This document shows positions 26,594 through 34,529 of a DNA stretch of 64,000 nt, piece by piece. This DNA comes from Lentisphaerae bacterium GWF2_44_16 (lineage in GTDB: Bacteria; Verrucomicrobiota; Lentisphaeria; Victivallales; GWF2-45-14): NCBI GenBank assembly GCA_001803225.1, contig MHBF01000019.1:25622-89621 (forward strand), in the 5' to 3' direction. The notes below the pieces were generated by a model, which saw only the letters and a program-made list of their open reading frames with translations, made no database searches and had not been told where the DNA came from. A program made the position numbers and the translations under genes. Numbering within the stretch: position 1 is the stretch's first letter; each line of letters begins with the position of its first letter.

Positions 26594-26770
26594 GGAGGGA
26601 TTTGCTTTGTCAAATCCGCCCGCAAAGCGGGATTTATCAATGGGACTCCGTCCCCCGGTTGCGACGAAGCGCAACCTTTCACGATTTCACCTACTTTTCA
26701 TTTCATTACGCATTCTTTACTTCCTCTTCGCAAACGAAGTTGAGCGAAGATAATAAAAGTGACTTCGTCA
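26594..26770. repeat. Dense mosaic of hairpin repeat modules in the spacer between two pseudopilin genes
   Basis: In order:
- GGAGGGATTTG-CTTTGT-CAAATCC (26594-26617)
- CCCGC-AAA-GCGGG (26618-26630)
- GGGACTCCGTCCC (26642-26654)
- GGTTGCG-ACGAAG-CGCAACC plus TTTCACGATT (26657-26686)
- CATTACGCATTCT (26704-26716)
- ACGAAGT-21 nt-ACTTCGT (26734-26768), which touches the stop codon of 26768-27427. Confidence 0.8.
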
Positions 26771-27427
26771 CCTCCACGAACAAACATCGTCTGTCCCCTT
26801 GGCGCCACCGAAAATAGAATTATTTCCGCCATCATTAGTTTTATTAGGCCCCAGAGAATAAATCAAAATGGTTCCGTTAAACGTAGTACTGACACATGCA
26901 GGAACTGAACCTGCCGCATCAGCGGATGTTATCGTTCCGTCATAGTTAGTATCTAAAAAAATCTGGAAAATATTGCCCCAGGGATCATAAAAATCACCTA
27001 CCTTGGCCCCAGTTACGGTTCCTTTTACAGCTGTAGTTGTCGTCCCGTAATTACTGGGAGCTTCAAGAAATCTGACTTTTCTGGCATTCACATCACCTGT
27101 GGCTGTCCCCGGTCCCTGTGCGCATGTCAGATAAGCAATAAGCTGTCTATATCTATCGGTGTTGGCGTTGCTGTTGTCTGTACTACTGGGCTTTGCGGTA
27201 GAAGCGTTTTGCAAGGCGCCGAAAACGGGTAAATACCCATAGGTAGATTCATACTGTTTCATCGCGGTAACCATGGCGTTCATCTGGCCTTTGGCTTTGG
27301 TTACTCTGGCTTTTTCCTGAACTTTCATGACTGCCGGTATCAAAATACCCATTAAAATAGCGATAATCGCAATCACAACGAGGAGCTCGATAAGCGTAAA
27401 TTTCAGTTTTCTCAGCTTTTTTCTCAT
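26768..27427 (-). CDS. GspG-like pseudopilin (paralogue 2)
   Basis: Start taken at the ATG at 27425-27427 (GGAG 9 nt upstream): MRKKLRKLKFTLIELLVVIAIIAILMGILIPAVMKVQEKARVTKAKGQMNAMVTAMKQYESTYGYLP. The C-terminus DPWGNIFQIFLDTNYDG...IYSLGPNKTNDGG...DDVCSWR is paralogous to 25934-26569. Confidence 0.65.
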   Translation of the reverse strand: MRKKLRKLKFTLIELLVVIAIIAILMGILIPAVMKVQEKARVTKAKGQMNAMVTAMKQYESTYGYLPVFGALQNASTAKPSSTDNSNANTDRYRQLIAYLTCAQGPGTATGDVNARKVRFLEAPSNYGTTTTAVKGTVTGAKVGDFYDPWGNIFQIFLDTNYDGTITSADAAGSVPACVSTTFNGTILIYSLGPNKTNDGGNNSIFGGAKGTDDVCSWR

Positions 27428-27479
27428 TATTGACATCTCCACTTACTTGAGGAATAAGCAACCGGGAAAAACAACTATT

Positions 27480-27500
27480 GGGACTCCGTCCCTTTCCGTG
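27480..27500. repeat. GGGACTCCGTCCC hairpin unit plus TTTCCGTG
   Basis: GGGACTCCGTCCCTTTCCGTG. The same unit with one loop change sits at 27760-27780 (GGGACTTCGTCCCTTCCGTGG). The 13-mer is also at 9579-9591 and 26642-26654. Confidence 0.75.
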
Positions 27501-27641
27501 CTTCGCTTCACTCAGTTTTTATTTTTTATATTTAACACCGCTAAATTACATCTTTATAGTCTTTATTACCAATGTTTTTTAATAAAAACCATCTAGCTTT
27601 TCATCAGAGCATATTTCACGCCATTTGCCCCTGATTTTATT

Positions 27642-27788
27642 TTTTAACCACGGAACACACAGAAAACACGGAAAAAACTAAAATTTTAAGAAATGCCTTT
27701 TAAAATTCCGCATTCCGTCTTTCTTCCGTGTTTTCCGGCCCCGAAGGGGCTTTTATAATGGGACTTCGTCCCTTCCGTGGTTAAAAAA
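27642..27788. repeat. 147-bp element bounded by perfect 16-bp terminal inverted repeats (MITE-like or a large structured intercistronic RNA)
   Basis: TTTTTTAACCACGGAA (27642-27657) is the exact reverse complement of TTCCGTGGTTAAAAAA (27773-27788). A nested pair follows: GAAAACACGGAA (from about 27661) and TTCCGTGTTTTC (from about 27725). Internal hairpins are GCCCC-GAA-GGGGC (27739-27751) and GGGAC-TTC-GTCCC (27760-27772). The element starts immediately after the stop codon of 27789-28376. Confidence 0.7.
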
Positions 27789-28376
27789 TTACTTATTCGT
27801 GAAATTTGTAATGTCATCGCCCTTGCCCCAGGAGCCTTTTGCGGCAGAGGCGGTACCAAAATTAGCGTCTGAGACAGCCACAGCATCGCCAAGTTTGGCG
27901 TCTGAGCCCAATGAACCTATATCAAATGAAGTCCTGTTGAAAAGTCCGGGACAACGGTAATATATGGGAGAACCGAACGTGTCAACCAGCCAAGAACGAT
28001 TTGGAGCACCTGCGTCTTTCTGAGTATCTGCCGCCTTCAGGCTTTCGCCATCAATCATCAGGTTGAAAGCCGGATAATCAAGGTAAAAAGCGCAAACACG
28101 GGAAGTGGCGTGAATCTGATTCCTGCCAACGTTGACATCAGTCCAGTCCCCAGAAGATATTGCCGGTATATAATAGCCGTATTTGGATTTATAATTTTCA
28201 AGGGCGACTTCGACTTTTTTAATGAGTGCTCTGGTCTTGGATTCGGCGGACTTGCTGCTGGCATACTGGAAAACACCGATGGAAAGACCGAGAAGGACGG
28301 AAAGAATAAACATCACCGCGAGCAGTTCGACAAGCGTTACAAATGAACGCCTTGACTTTGTTTTATGCCAAATCAT
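27789..28376 (-). CDS. GspG-like pseudopilin (paralogue 1, first gene of the operon)
   Basis: 195 aa. MIWHKTKSRRSFVTLVELLAVMFILSVLLGLSIGVFQYASSKSAESKTRALIKKVEVALENYKSKYGYYIP has the GspG-type helix, followed by SLGSDAKLGD. Confidence 0.55.
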   Translation of the reverse strand: MIWHKTKSRRSFVTLVELLAVMFILSVLLGLSIGVFQYASSKSAESKTRALIKKVEVALENYKSKYGYYIPAISSGDWTDVNVGRNQIHATSRVCAFYLDYPAFNLMIDGESLKAADTQKDAGAPNRSWLVDTFGSPIYYRCPGLFNRTSFDIGSLGSDAKLGDAVAVSDANFGTASAAKGSWGKGDDITNFTNK

Positions 28377-28439
28377 AAGGCCCCCATAATAAATTCAGTT
28401 TAAATGACCTGAAAGGCCGACCACACCCTGCCATAGGAG

Positions 28440-28468
28440 ATTATATCACATAAATGCTCAATTTTCAA
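28440..28468 (-). promoter_or_regulatory. Sigma-70-type promoter candidate for the pseudopilin operon
   Basis: The minus strand reads TTGAAA (28468-28463), 17 nt, then TATAAT (28445-28440). This lies about 60 nt upstream of the ATG at 28376. Confidence 0.5.
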
Positions 28469-28741
28469 TTACTTAACAATTCAAACAGCGACAAAGAATC
28501 AGAAAAAAAGCCCAAAAAATCCATTTTCTCCAATTTTCTCCAATAAAATTCTATTTTACAGCTTTTTCTCTTATCGGATAAATTTTTTATACATTTTTAG
28601 TATTTTGAGGTCCTGCATTTTCGCATAAAAGATAATTTTGAGTTATAAATATCCTGAAATATGGATTTTACGCATAAGTGAATTATATTAAATAAACTTT
28701 ATGTCTTTTTATTTGTGAAAATTCCGGGAAATTAAGGAAAT

Positions 28742-31189
28742 ATGCGTTTTCAATGTCCATTTTGCCGCGGAATAGTGGCGGTTGAAAATTCAGACTTGGG
28801 TATAGATGTGCAGTGCGGTTACTGCGGAGAAATCGTTACTGTCCCCTATTCGCGGGTTGCCACAGGCGCGGTTATAGCTGATTTTATCATACTTGAGGAA
28901 CTCGGCAGAGGCGGCATGGGAGTAGTTTATCTCACGCATCAGATTTCTTTGGACCGTCCGGCAGCGCTCAAGGTACTTTCCGATACTTACGCGAACAACG
29001 CGGAATTCGTAGTCAATTTCATCAAGGAGGCAAGGGCCGCCGCTAAACTCAATCATCCTCACATTGTACAAGCTTACGCGGTTGGTGAAGACGAAGGCAT
29101 TTTCTATTTCGCGATGGAAAATATCGACGGCGAAACAATGAAGAATGTCATAAAGCGGGAAAAAGTTATTTCCATCGACAGGTCGATTACCATTATCCAG
29201 CAGATAGCTGAAGCTCTCGATTACGCGTGGAAAGAGCAACGCTTAATACACCGTGACATCAAGCCGGACAATATAATGCTCACAAAAAATGGCCGGGCAA
29301 AACTCGCTGACCTCGGTCTCTCAAGAGTGGCCGGAGAAATTGATGACTCTAATGATGATGAAGTAATGGGCACTCCTCAGTACATCAGCCCCGAACACCT
29401 CACCGGGGCCCCTATGGATATACGCAGCGACATTTACAGTCTGGGCGCGACATTCTACCACTTTGTAACTGGAAAATTTCCTTTTGAGGGAAGGACCGCT
29501 TCCGAAATAGCCAGAAAACATCTCGACGAAAAACTCGTTCCTCCAAATGAATTCAATCCTGATGTGCCTGAGTCCGTCAGCAAAATCGTAGTTAAAATGA
29601 TGGAAAAAAGCATCAAGGACCGCTATCAGGACGCAGCTGAACTCGTTGATGATTTGAGAATGGTACGCAGAAGTAAACTTCCATCTTCTTCTTCAGGAAA
29701 CATAACCGGCTCTTTTAAAAGGTCAGGCTCAAAGACCGAACGGGCACTTCAGTTGAGAAATACCAAAGGAAGCAAAACCGGACAGTTCAATGTTTCTAAA
29801 TCGGCAACTTCCGATATTCTGAATAAAAATCTTTCCGGCTCCGGGAGTCACAGCTTCAATGCCTCCGGAAATCCGGAAGAAACTCTGTACATGACCAATA
29901 CCGGAAAATCTTCAAAGGCCATAATCATTACGCTGCTGGTGCTTATAGTCGTTCTCATCGCGGGCGGCGCTTCAGCTTATTTCATCTACAAGCAGAAAGA
30001 AGCCAAAAGGCTCGAGGAAATCACAAGAAAAGAAGAGCTCGCGAAAAAAGAGGAAATAGCGAAGAAAGAAGAGCTTGCGAAAAAAGAGGAAATAACAAAA
30101 AAAGCCCAGGAAGAAGCTTCCAAAAAGAAAATGATAGAGCCCCTCCCTGCCAACGCAACACCGTTCATGAAAAAAATGCACGAAATACTCTCCTTCATAA
30201 ACGCGAATCCAAATAAAGAAGGTGAATTTCTTAAGAAATGCGAAGAACTTTTTTCCTCTTCACTGGTTCCATTCGGACAGGATGAAAAAGATAAACTGAA
30301 CGGGCTGAAGGGGCTTTACGTGGAAATCGACGAAAAAAGATTGGACAAACTGAGAAAAGCCGCAAAAGATAAATACGATGCCCTTATCGCCGATAAAAAA
30401 ACCGCGGAAGAAAAACGTTCAGCCGCAGACAAAATAAAGGCGGAAAAGGAAAGAAAAGAGAAAGAACTTCAGGCAAAGAAAGATAAAGCGGAGCAGGAAA
30501 AAAAGGAGCAAATGGAAAAGAAAATTTCCGAATATGTTGAAAAAATAGAGAGCGACAAAAACCTGATGCGCCGTACATATATCGATCTTGTCAAAAGAAA
30601 TGAGTTCAAAAGGGCCAGAGACACTTTCGCTTCTTCTCACGATGAACCGGCAAAAGCCAAGAACAATTATCCGGAAATAGAAAAAGCGGCGGCGGATTTC
30701 GATGCCTGGGGCAAAAAAATGCAGGAAGGCGTAGACCTCACTGAAAAACTCCATAAAATAGTAACTGACAGCGGTACGAAGCTTTCCGGTTCCACTGTTG
30801 AAATAAAAAGCGGCATGCTCGGTAAAATCGTCGATATCAGAAACGGAAATATAACTGTAAAATCACTTATCGACAGCAAAATCACTACTGTTCCCGTCTC
30901 GGAACTTGAAGTTAACTTTCTGGCCAAACTCCTGAAAAAGGCTTCCGAAAAAGTGGAGAATGGTTCCGAAGCGGCTTTTTACTATCTCCTGAACAATGGA
31001 GAATTCACGAAGGCCAGGGATTATGTCCCCGGTGAAGACTGGAAAAAAGAACTCAGCGATACCGCCTATGAATACTTCAAGCTGAAACTGAGTTTTGCCT
31101 CGGAAAAAGAAAAGGACGCCCTGGCCAGAAAATTCGGCGGCAATTCTGATTACAGAAGGGCCAAAAAGGATTCCCCTCACTCAAACTAA
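28742..31189 (+). CDS. Membrane Ser/Thr protein kinase with an N-terminal zinc ribbon and a long extracytoplasmic coiled-coil region
   Basis: 815 aa.
- Zinc ribbon: CPFCRG...CGYCGE.
- Kinase motifs: GRGGMGVVY, AALKVL, HRDIKPDNIML, DLGLSR, GTPQYISPE.
- One TM segment: AIIITLLVLIVVLIAGGASAYFIY.
- Then KKEELAKKEEIAKKEELAKKEEITKK and a Lys/Glu-rich coiled coil. Confidence 0.85.
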   Translation: MRFQCPFCRGIVAVENSDLGIDVQCGYCGEIVTVPYSRVATGAVIADFIILEELGRGGMGVVYLTHQISLDRPAALKVLSDTYANNAEFVVNFIKEARAAAKLNHPHIVQAYAVGEDEGIFYFAMENIDGETMKNVIKREKVISIDRSITIIQQIAEALDYAWKEQRLIHRDIKPDNIMLTKNGRAKLADLGLSRVAGEIDDSNDDEVMGTPQYISPEHLTGAPMDIRSDIYSLGATFYHFVTGKFPFEGRTASEIARKHLDEKLVPPNEFNPDVPESVSKIVVKMMEKSIKDRYQDAAELVDDLRMVRRSKLPSSSSGNITGSFKRSGSKTERALQLRNTKGSKTGQFNVSKSATSDILNKNLSGSGSHSFNASGNPEETLYMTNTGKSSKAIIITLLVLIVVLIAGGASAYFIYKQKEAKRLEEITRKEELAKKEEIAKKEELAKKEEITKKAQEEASKKKMIEPLPANATPFMKKMHEILSFINANPNKEGEFLKKCEELFSSSLVPFGQDEKDKLNGLKGLYVEIDEKRLDKLRKAAKDKYDALIADKKTAEEKRSAADKIKAEKERKEKELQAKKDKAEQEKKEQMEKKISEYVEKIESDKNLMRRTYIDLVKRNEFKRARDTFASSHDEPAKAKNNYPEIEKAAADFDAWGKKMQEGVDLTEKLHKIVTDSGTKLSGSTVEIKSGMLGKIVDIRNGNITVKSLIDSKITTVPVSELEVNFLAKLLKKASEKVENGSEAAFYYLLNNGEFTKARDYVPGEDWKKELSDTAYEYFKLKLSFASEKEKDALARKFGGNSDYRRAKKDSPHSN

Positions 31190-31211
31190 GTAATCACATT
31201 CCCAGGCTAAA

Positions 31212-32021
31212 ATGAAAATAATTCACTTTTCAGACGCGCACGCCGGAGGGCCTGCCGAAGATTGGCTGGCCTACCTCGACAAAAGATGGGTTGGTGTCTT
31301 TAACTTCAATTTCCGCCGCAAATTTCAGCACGACCTGAGCATGCTTGAAAAAACCGTAACTTATGTCCTTGATGTCAAACCCGACCTCGCTGTATGTACG
31401 GGAGACATAACGTCAACCGGACAACCGGGTGAATTCGAAAAAGCTTTAAAAATATTGGCCCCGCTCCGCGATTCACAGATACCGTTCATCTTCATTCCCG
31501 GCAACCACGACTGCTATGTAAGACACCCAAAGTGCGTTAATGCCATGAAATCGGCGGTGCGCTATCTCAACAGGAATAGAATAGACTTCGATGCCCTTCC
31601 CTCTGTTATTAAAATCGGACAGATTGAATTCATTATAGTCAACGAATCTTTCCCTACAAACCTTCTCTCCTCATGCGGTTATCTTAGAAAAAACAGCGCT
31701 GATTTCATAAAAAGGATTTGTTCTTCAAATAAAACATGTCCCCGGGTACTGATCGGACACTATCCTCTTTTTGAAGACCACCCTTTGCTGCGTATACGCC
31801 ACAGACTCTGGGGACAGAAAGACGTATTGAACCTGCTGAAAGACGGCAAAATCGACTTATCCCTCTGCGGACACGTTCATTTCCCTAACTCCCGCATCAA
31901 TGAAAGAGGCCGCGGCGAAATCTGCGCCGGCTCCGTAACCAGAAATGCTTCCATCGCCATCATAGATTACGATGATAAAAAAGATATTTTTAACTGCGAG
32001 AATTTTTCTCTGAAAATTTAA
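31212..32021 (+). CDS. Calcineurin-like metallophosphoesterase
   Basis: 269 aa. MKIIHFSDAHAG, CTGDITSTG, IPGNHD and CGHVH are present. Confidence 0.8.
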   Translation: MKIIHFSDAHAGGPAEDWLAYLDKRWVGVFNFNFRRKFQHDLSMLEKTVTYVLDVKPDLAVCTGDITSTGQPGEFEKALKILAPLRDSQIPFIFIPGNHDCYVRHPKCVNAMKSAVRYLNRNRIDFDALPSVIKIGQIEFIIVNESFPTNLLSSCGYLRKNSADFIKRICSSNKTCPRVLIGHYPLFEDHPLLRIRHRLWGQKDVLNLLKDGKIDLSLCGHVHFPNSRINERGRGEICAGSVTRNASIAIIDYDDKKDIFNCENFSLKI

Positions 32022-32032
32022 GAGGCCCTCAG

Positions 32033-32815
32033 ATGTTCAACGGTAAAAAAGTTATTGTTATAATGCCTGCGTATAATGCGGCAAAAACACTGAAAAAGAC
32101 CTATGATGAAGTAATCGCGCAAGACTACGTGGACCTCGTGATACTGGTTGATGACGCCAGCTCTGACAACACCGTTGAAATAGCCGGAAAACTGGAAAAA
32201 ATAAAAGTTTTTCATAACGACAGTAACATCGGTTATGGAGGAAACCAGAAAATATGCTATAGAAAAGCCCTTGAGGAGAAAGCCGATATTATAATAATGG
32301 TCCACCCTGATTATCAGTACACGCCAAAGCTTATACCGGCGATGGTGTCACTTATAGGCAGCGGACTTTATCACTGTGTAATAGGGTCAAGGATACTTGG
32401 CGGACAGGCCATGAAAGGCGGAATGCCGTTATGGAAATACATTTCAAACAGGGCGCTTACTTTTATTGAAAACCTGTTTTTAGGCGCAAAGCTTTCTGAA
32501 TATCATACAGGCTACAGGGCATTTTCAGCGGAGCTTCTGCGAAGCCTTCCTCTGACGGGCAACTCAGACGATTTTGTTTTCGACAATCAAATGCTGGCGG
32601 AAATAATATGGTCCGGCTGCACAATTGCCGAGATAAGCTGTCCTACAAAATATTTTTCTGAAGCTTCAAGCATTAATTTCAGGAGAAGCATTATTTATGG
32701 AACGGGCTGCCTTCTGACAGCCCTGAGCTTTTTTATGTCCGCGCGTTTCGGCTTTTCCAGCGTAATTTTTCAGGAAAAGACCAGAAATACAATGTCGGAA
32801 AAGCATAATTTATGA
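32033..32815 (+). CDS. GT2 glycosyltransferase of the polyprenol-phosphate sugar synthase type (DPM1/GtrB/ArnC-like)
   Basis: 260 aa. VIVIMPAYNAAKTL, ILVDDASSDNT, NIGYGGNQ, MVHPDYQYTP, GSRILGG, and a C-terminal hydrophobic segment. Confidence 0.7.
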   Translation: MFNGKKVIVIMPAYNAAKTLKKTYDEVIAQDYVDLVILVDDASSDNTVEIAGKLEKIKVFHNDSNIGYGGNQKICYRKALEEKADIIIMVHPDYQYTPKLIPAMVSLIGSGLYHCVIGSRILGGQAMKGGMPLWKYISNRALTFIENLFLGAKLSEYHTGYRAFSAELLRSLPLTGNSDDFVFDNQMLAEIIWSGCTIAEISCPTKYFSEASSINFRRSIIYGTGCLLTALSFFMSARFGFSSVIFQEKTRNTMSEKHNL

Positions 32816-34524
32816 TGAGTGAAAAACTTAGAAATCTGCTGATATACGGAGTATTAATTTTGCTTCCCTCGCTGGTCTTCGCTTATTCCTGCGGATTTGA
32901 TTTTCTCAGTTCCTGGGACGATGACATGTTCATAACCCGAAATTCCGCAGGACTTGTCCTGAGTTTTTCAAATATACATTACTGGCTTACTCACAAATGC
33001 ATCGACAATTATCTGCCGCTCACCATGTTTTCCTACATGTTTGATTTCAATCTCTGGGGCCTGCAACCTCTGCCATATCATATCCAAAACCTTTTCTGGC
33101 ATATCTGCGCAGTACTTGCCGTTTACAGAATACTGCTTTTTTTCGGTATCAGCAAAGGAACATCTTTCTTCCTGGCGGCTGTTTTCGCGGTGCATCCCCA
33201 GAGGGTAGAGTCTGTGGTATGGCTTTCGGAACGCAAAGACGTCATCTGCGGGGCGCTTTATCTGTGGAGCGTTTATTTTTATTTGAAAAAATTATCTTCC
33301 GATAAAATACCGCTCCTGTCTCTTTTTCTTTTTGTCGGCGCCCTGATGGCAAAACCAATGGCGATAAGTCTGCCGGCGATACTTCTGTGTTGTGAATTTT
33401 ACAGGAAGAGGGATTTCGATATAAAGGCATATTTTCTGAAACTCTGGCCTTTTTTCACGCTTGCTCTAGCCTTTGTACCGATAACGGTATCGACAAGAGA
33501 ATATTATACCGACGGACTTTCCATAGCCAGCCGAATACTAACTGTCCTGCATAATATTCCATGGTATCTGTGGAAAACTTTTCTGCCGGAAAATCTTTCA
33601 CCTGTATATCCTAAAGTTTTCTATTCCGATATGCTGCTCTTGAAATTATTTTTATCATATACATTGTGTTTTTCCATTTTTTTTCTGCTGTTCAGAAAAG
33701 ACAAGCGCGGCTTTTATTATGCGGCCTTGCCGCTGTTGTTTTCATATTTTACTGTTTTGGCCCCTGTGATAGGCTTCCTGCCATTGGGTGGAATCGATTA
33801 TACGGACAGATACAGTTATCTGCCCTCCGTGATAATACTGCTTGCGCTCGGCTTGTGCATGAAACGTATTCTGCCGGAAAAAAAACATATCGCAGTCGTC
33901 CCCGCCGCTTTTATCGTCATCGTCTTTCTTTCACTGACGACATTTTATTATGCACTGAGTTGGAAAAACATGTATTCAATATGCTCGGCGGCTTCAATAC
34001 ATGAACCGCCCAATCCTCTGCCGTTAGTTACGCTGGGATATTTCGAGCTTGAGAACAAAAACTACCGGAGAGTTTTTGAAATATCCGAAAAGCTGAAGTC
34101 CTTGAAAGGGGACAAGCCATCCGTATTTTTCAACACGAACCTGTCCGGATATCTGACAGGTACGGCCCTTTACAGAATGGGTGAAACAGGCACGGCCCTG
34201 AAAATATTTGAAAATATAAAGGGTTTCATGAAAAACAACACTTATACCACAAATGCCGATTACTGTATGATGCTTCTGTGCATGGCCGGAGAGTATCTGA
34301 AAAAAGGAGAGAATCTCAAGGCCGCTTCATGTTATGATGAAATCACGCTCTCTCCCGGAAACGATGAATTCCGCAACCTCTATTTCACGGGAATGTCTGA
34401 ATATCTCCGCGGAAACAGAAGTTCTGCTCTGAAGACTTTCGGGAAGCTGAAAGAACTTCATCCGCAAGATCGTGAAATCGGAAAAATATATGAGCAGATA
34501 AAGCGTTCAATAGAGGAAAAATAA
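32812..34524 (+). CDS. GT-C fold glycosyltransferase, PMT/TMTC-like (DUF1736-type) with C-terminal TPR repeats
   Basis: 570 aa. Start overlaps the GT2 stop as ATGA. About 10 TM segments. WDDDMFIT, LPLTMFSYMFDFNLWG, HPQRVESVVWLSERKDV, then TPR-like repeats (ALYRMGETGTALKIFE..., YLKKGENLKAASCYDE...). Confidence 0.6.
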   Translation: MMSEKLRNLLIYGVLILLPSLVFAYSCGFDFLSSWDDDMFITRNSAGLVLSFSNIHYWLTHKCIDNYLPLTMFSYMFDFNLWGLQPLPYHIQNLFWHICAVLAVYRILLFFGISKGTSFFLAAVFAVHPQRVESVVWLSERKDVICGALYLWSVYFYLKKLSSDKIPLLSLFLFVGALMAKPMAISLPAILLCCEFYRKRDFDIKAYFLKLWPFFTLALAFVPITVSTREYYTDGLSIASRILTVLHNIPWYLWKTFLPENLSPVYPKVFYSDMLLLKLFLSYTLCFSIFFLLFRKDKRGFYYAALPLLFSYFTVLAPVIGFLPLGGIDYTDRYSYLPSVIILLALGLCMKRILPEKKHIAVVPAAFIVIVFLSLTTFYYALSWKNMYSICSAASIHEPPNPLPLVTLGYFELENKNYRRVFEISEKLKSLKGDKPSVFFNTNLSGYLTGTALYRMGETGTALKIFENIKGFMKNNTYTTNADYCMMLLCMAGEYLKKGENLKAASCYDEITLSPGNDEFRNLYFTGMSEYLRGNRSSALKTFGKLKELHPQDREIGKIYEQIKRSIEEK

Positions 34525-34529
34525 TTCTT

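Noticed and set aside
30026-30100. Tandem 36-nt duplication considered as an independent repeat element or minisatellite.
   Set aside because: It is in frame inside the kinase gene and encodes KKEE[LI][AT] heptad-like coiled-coil units. It is reported only as part of the protein architecture.
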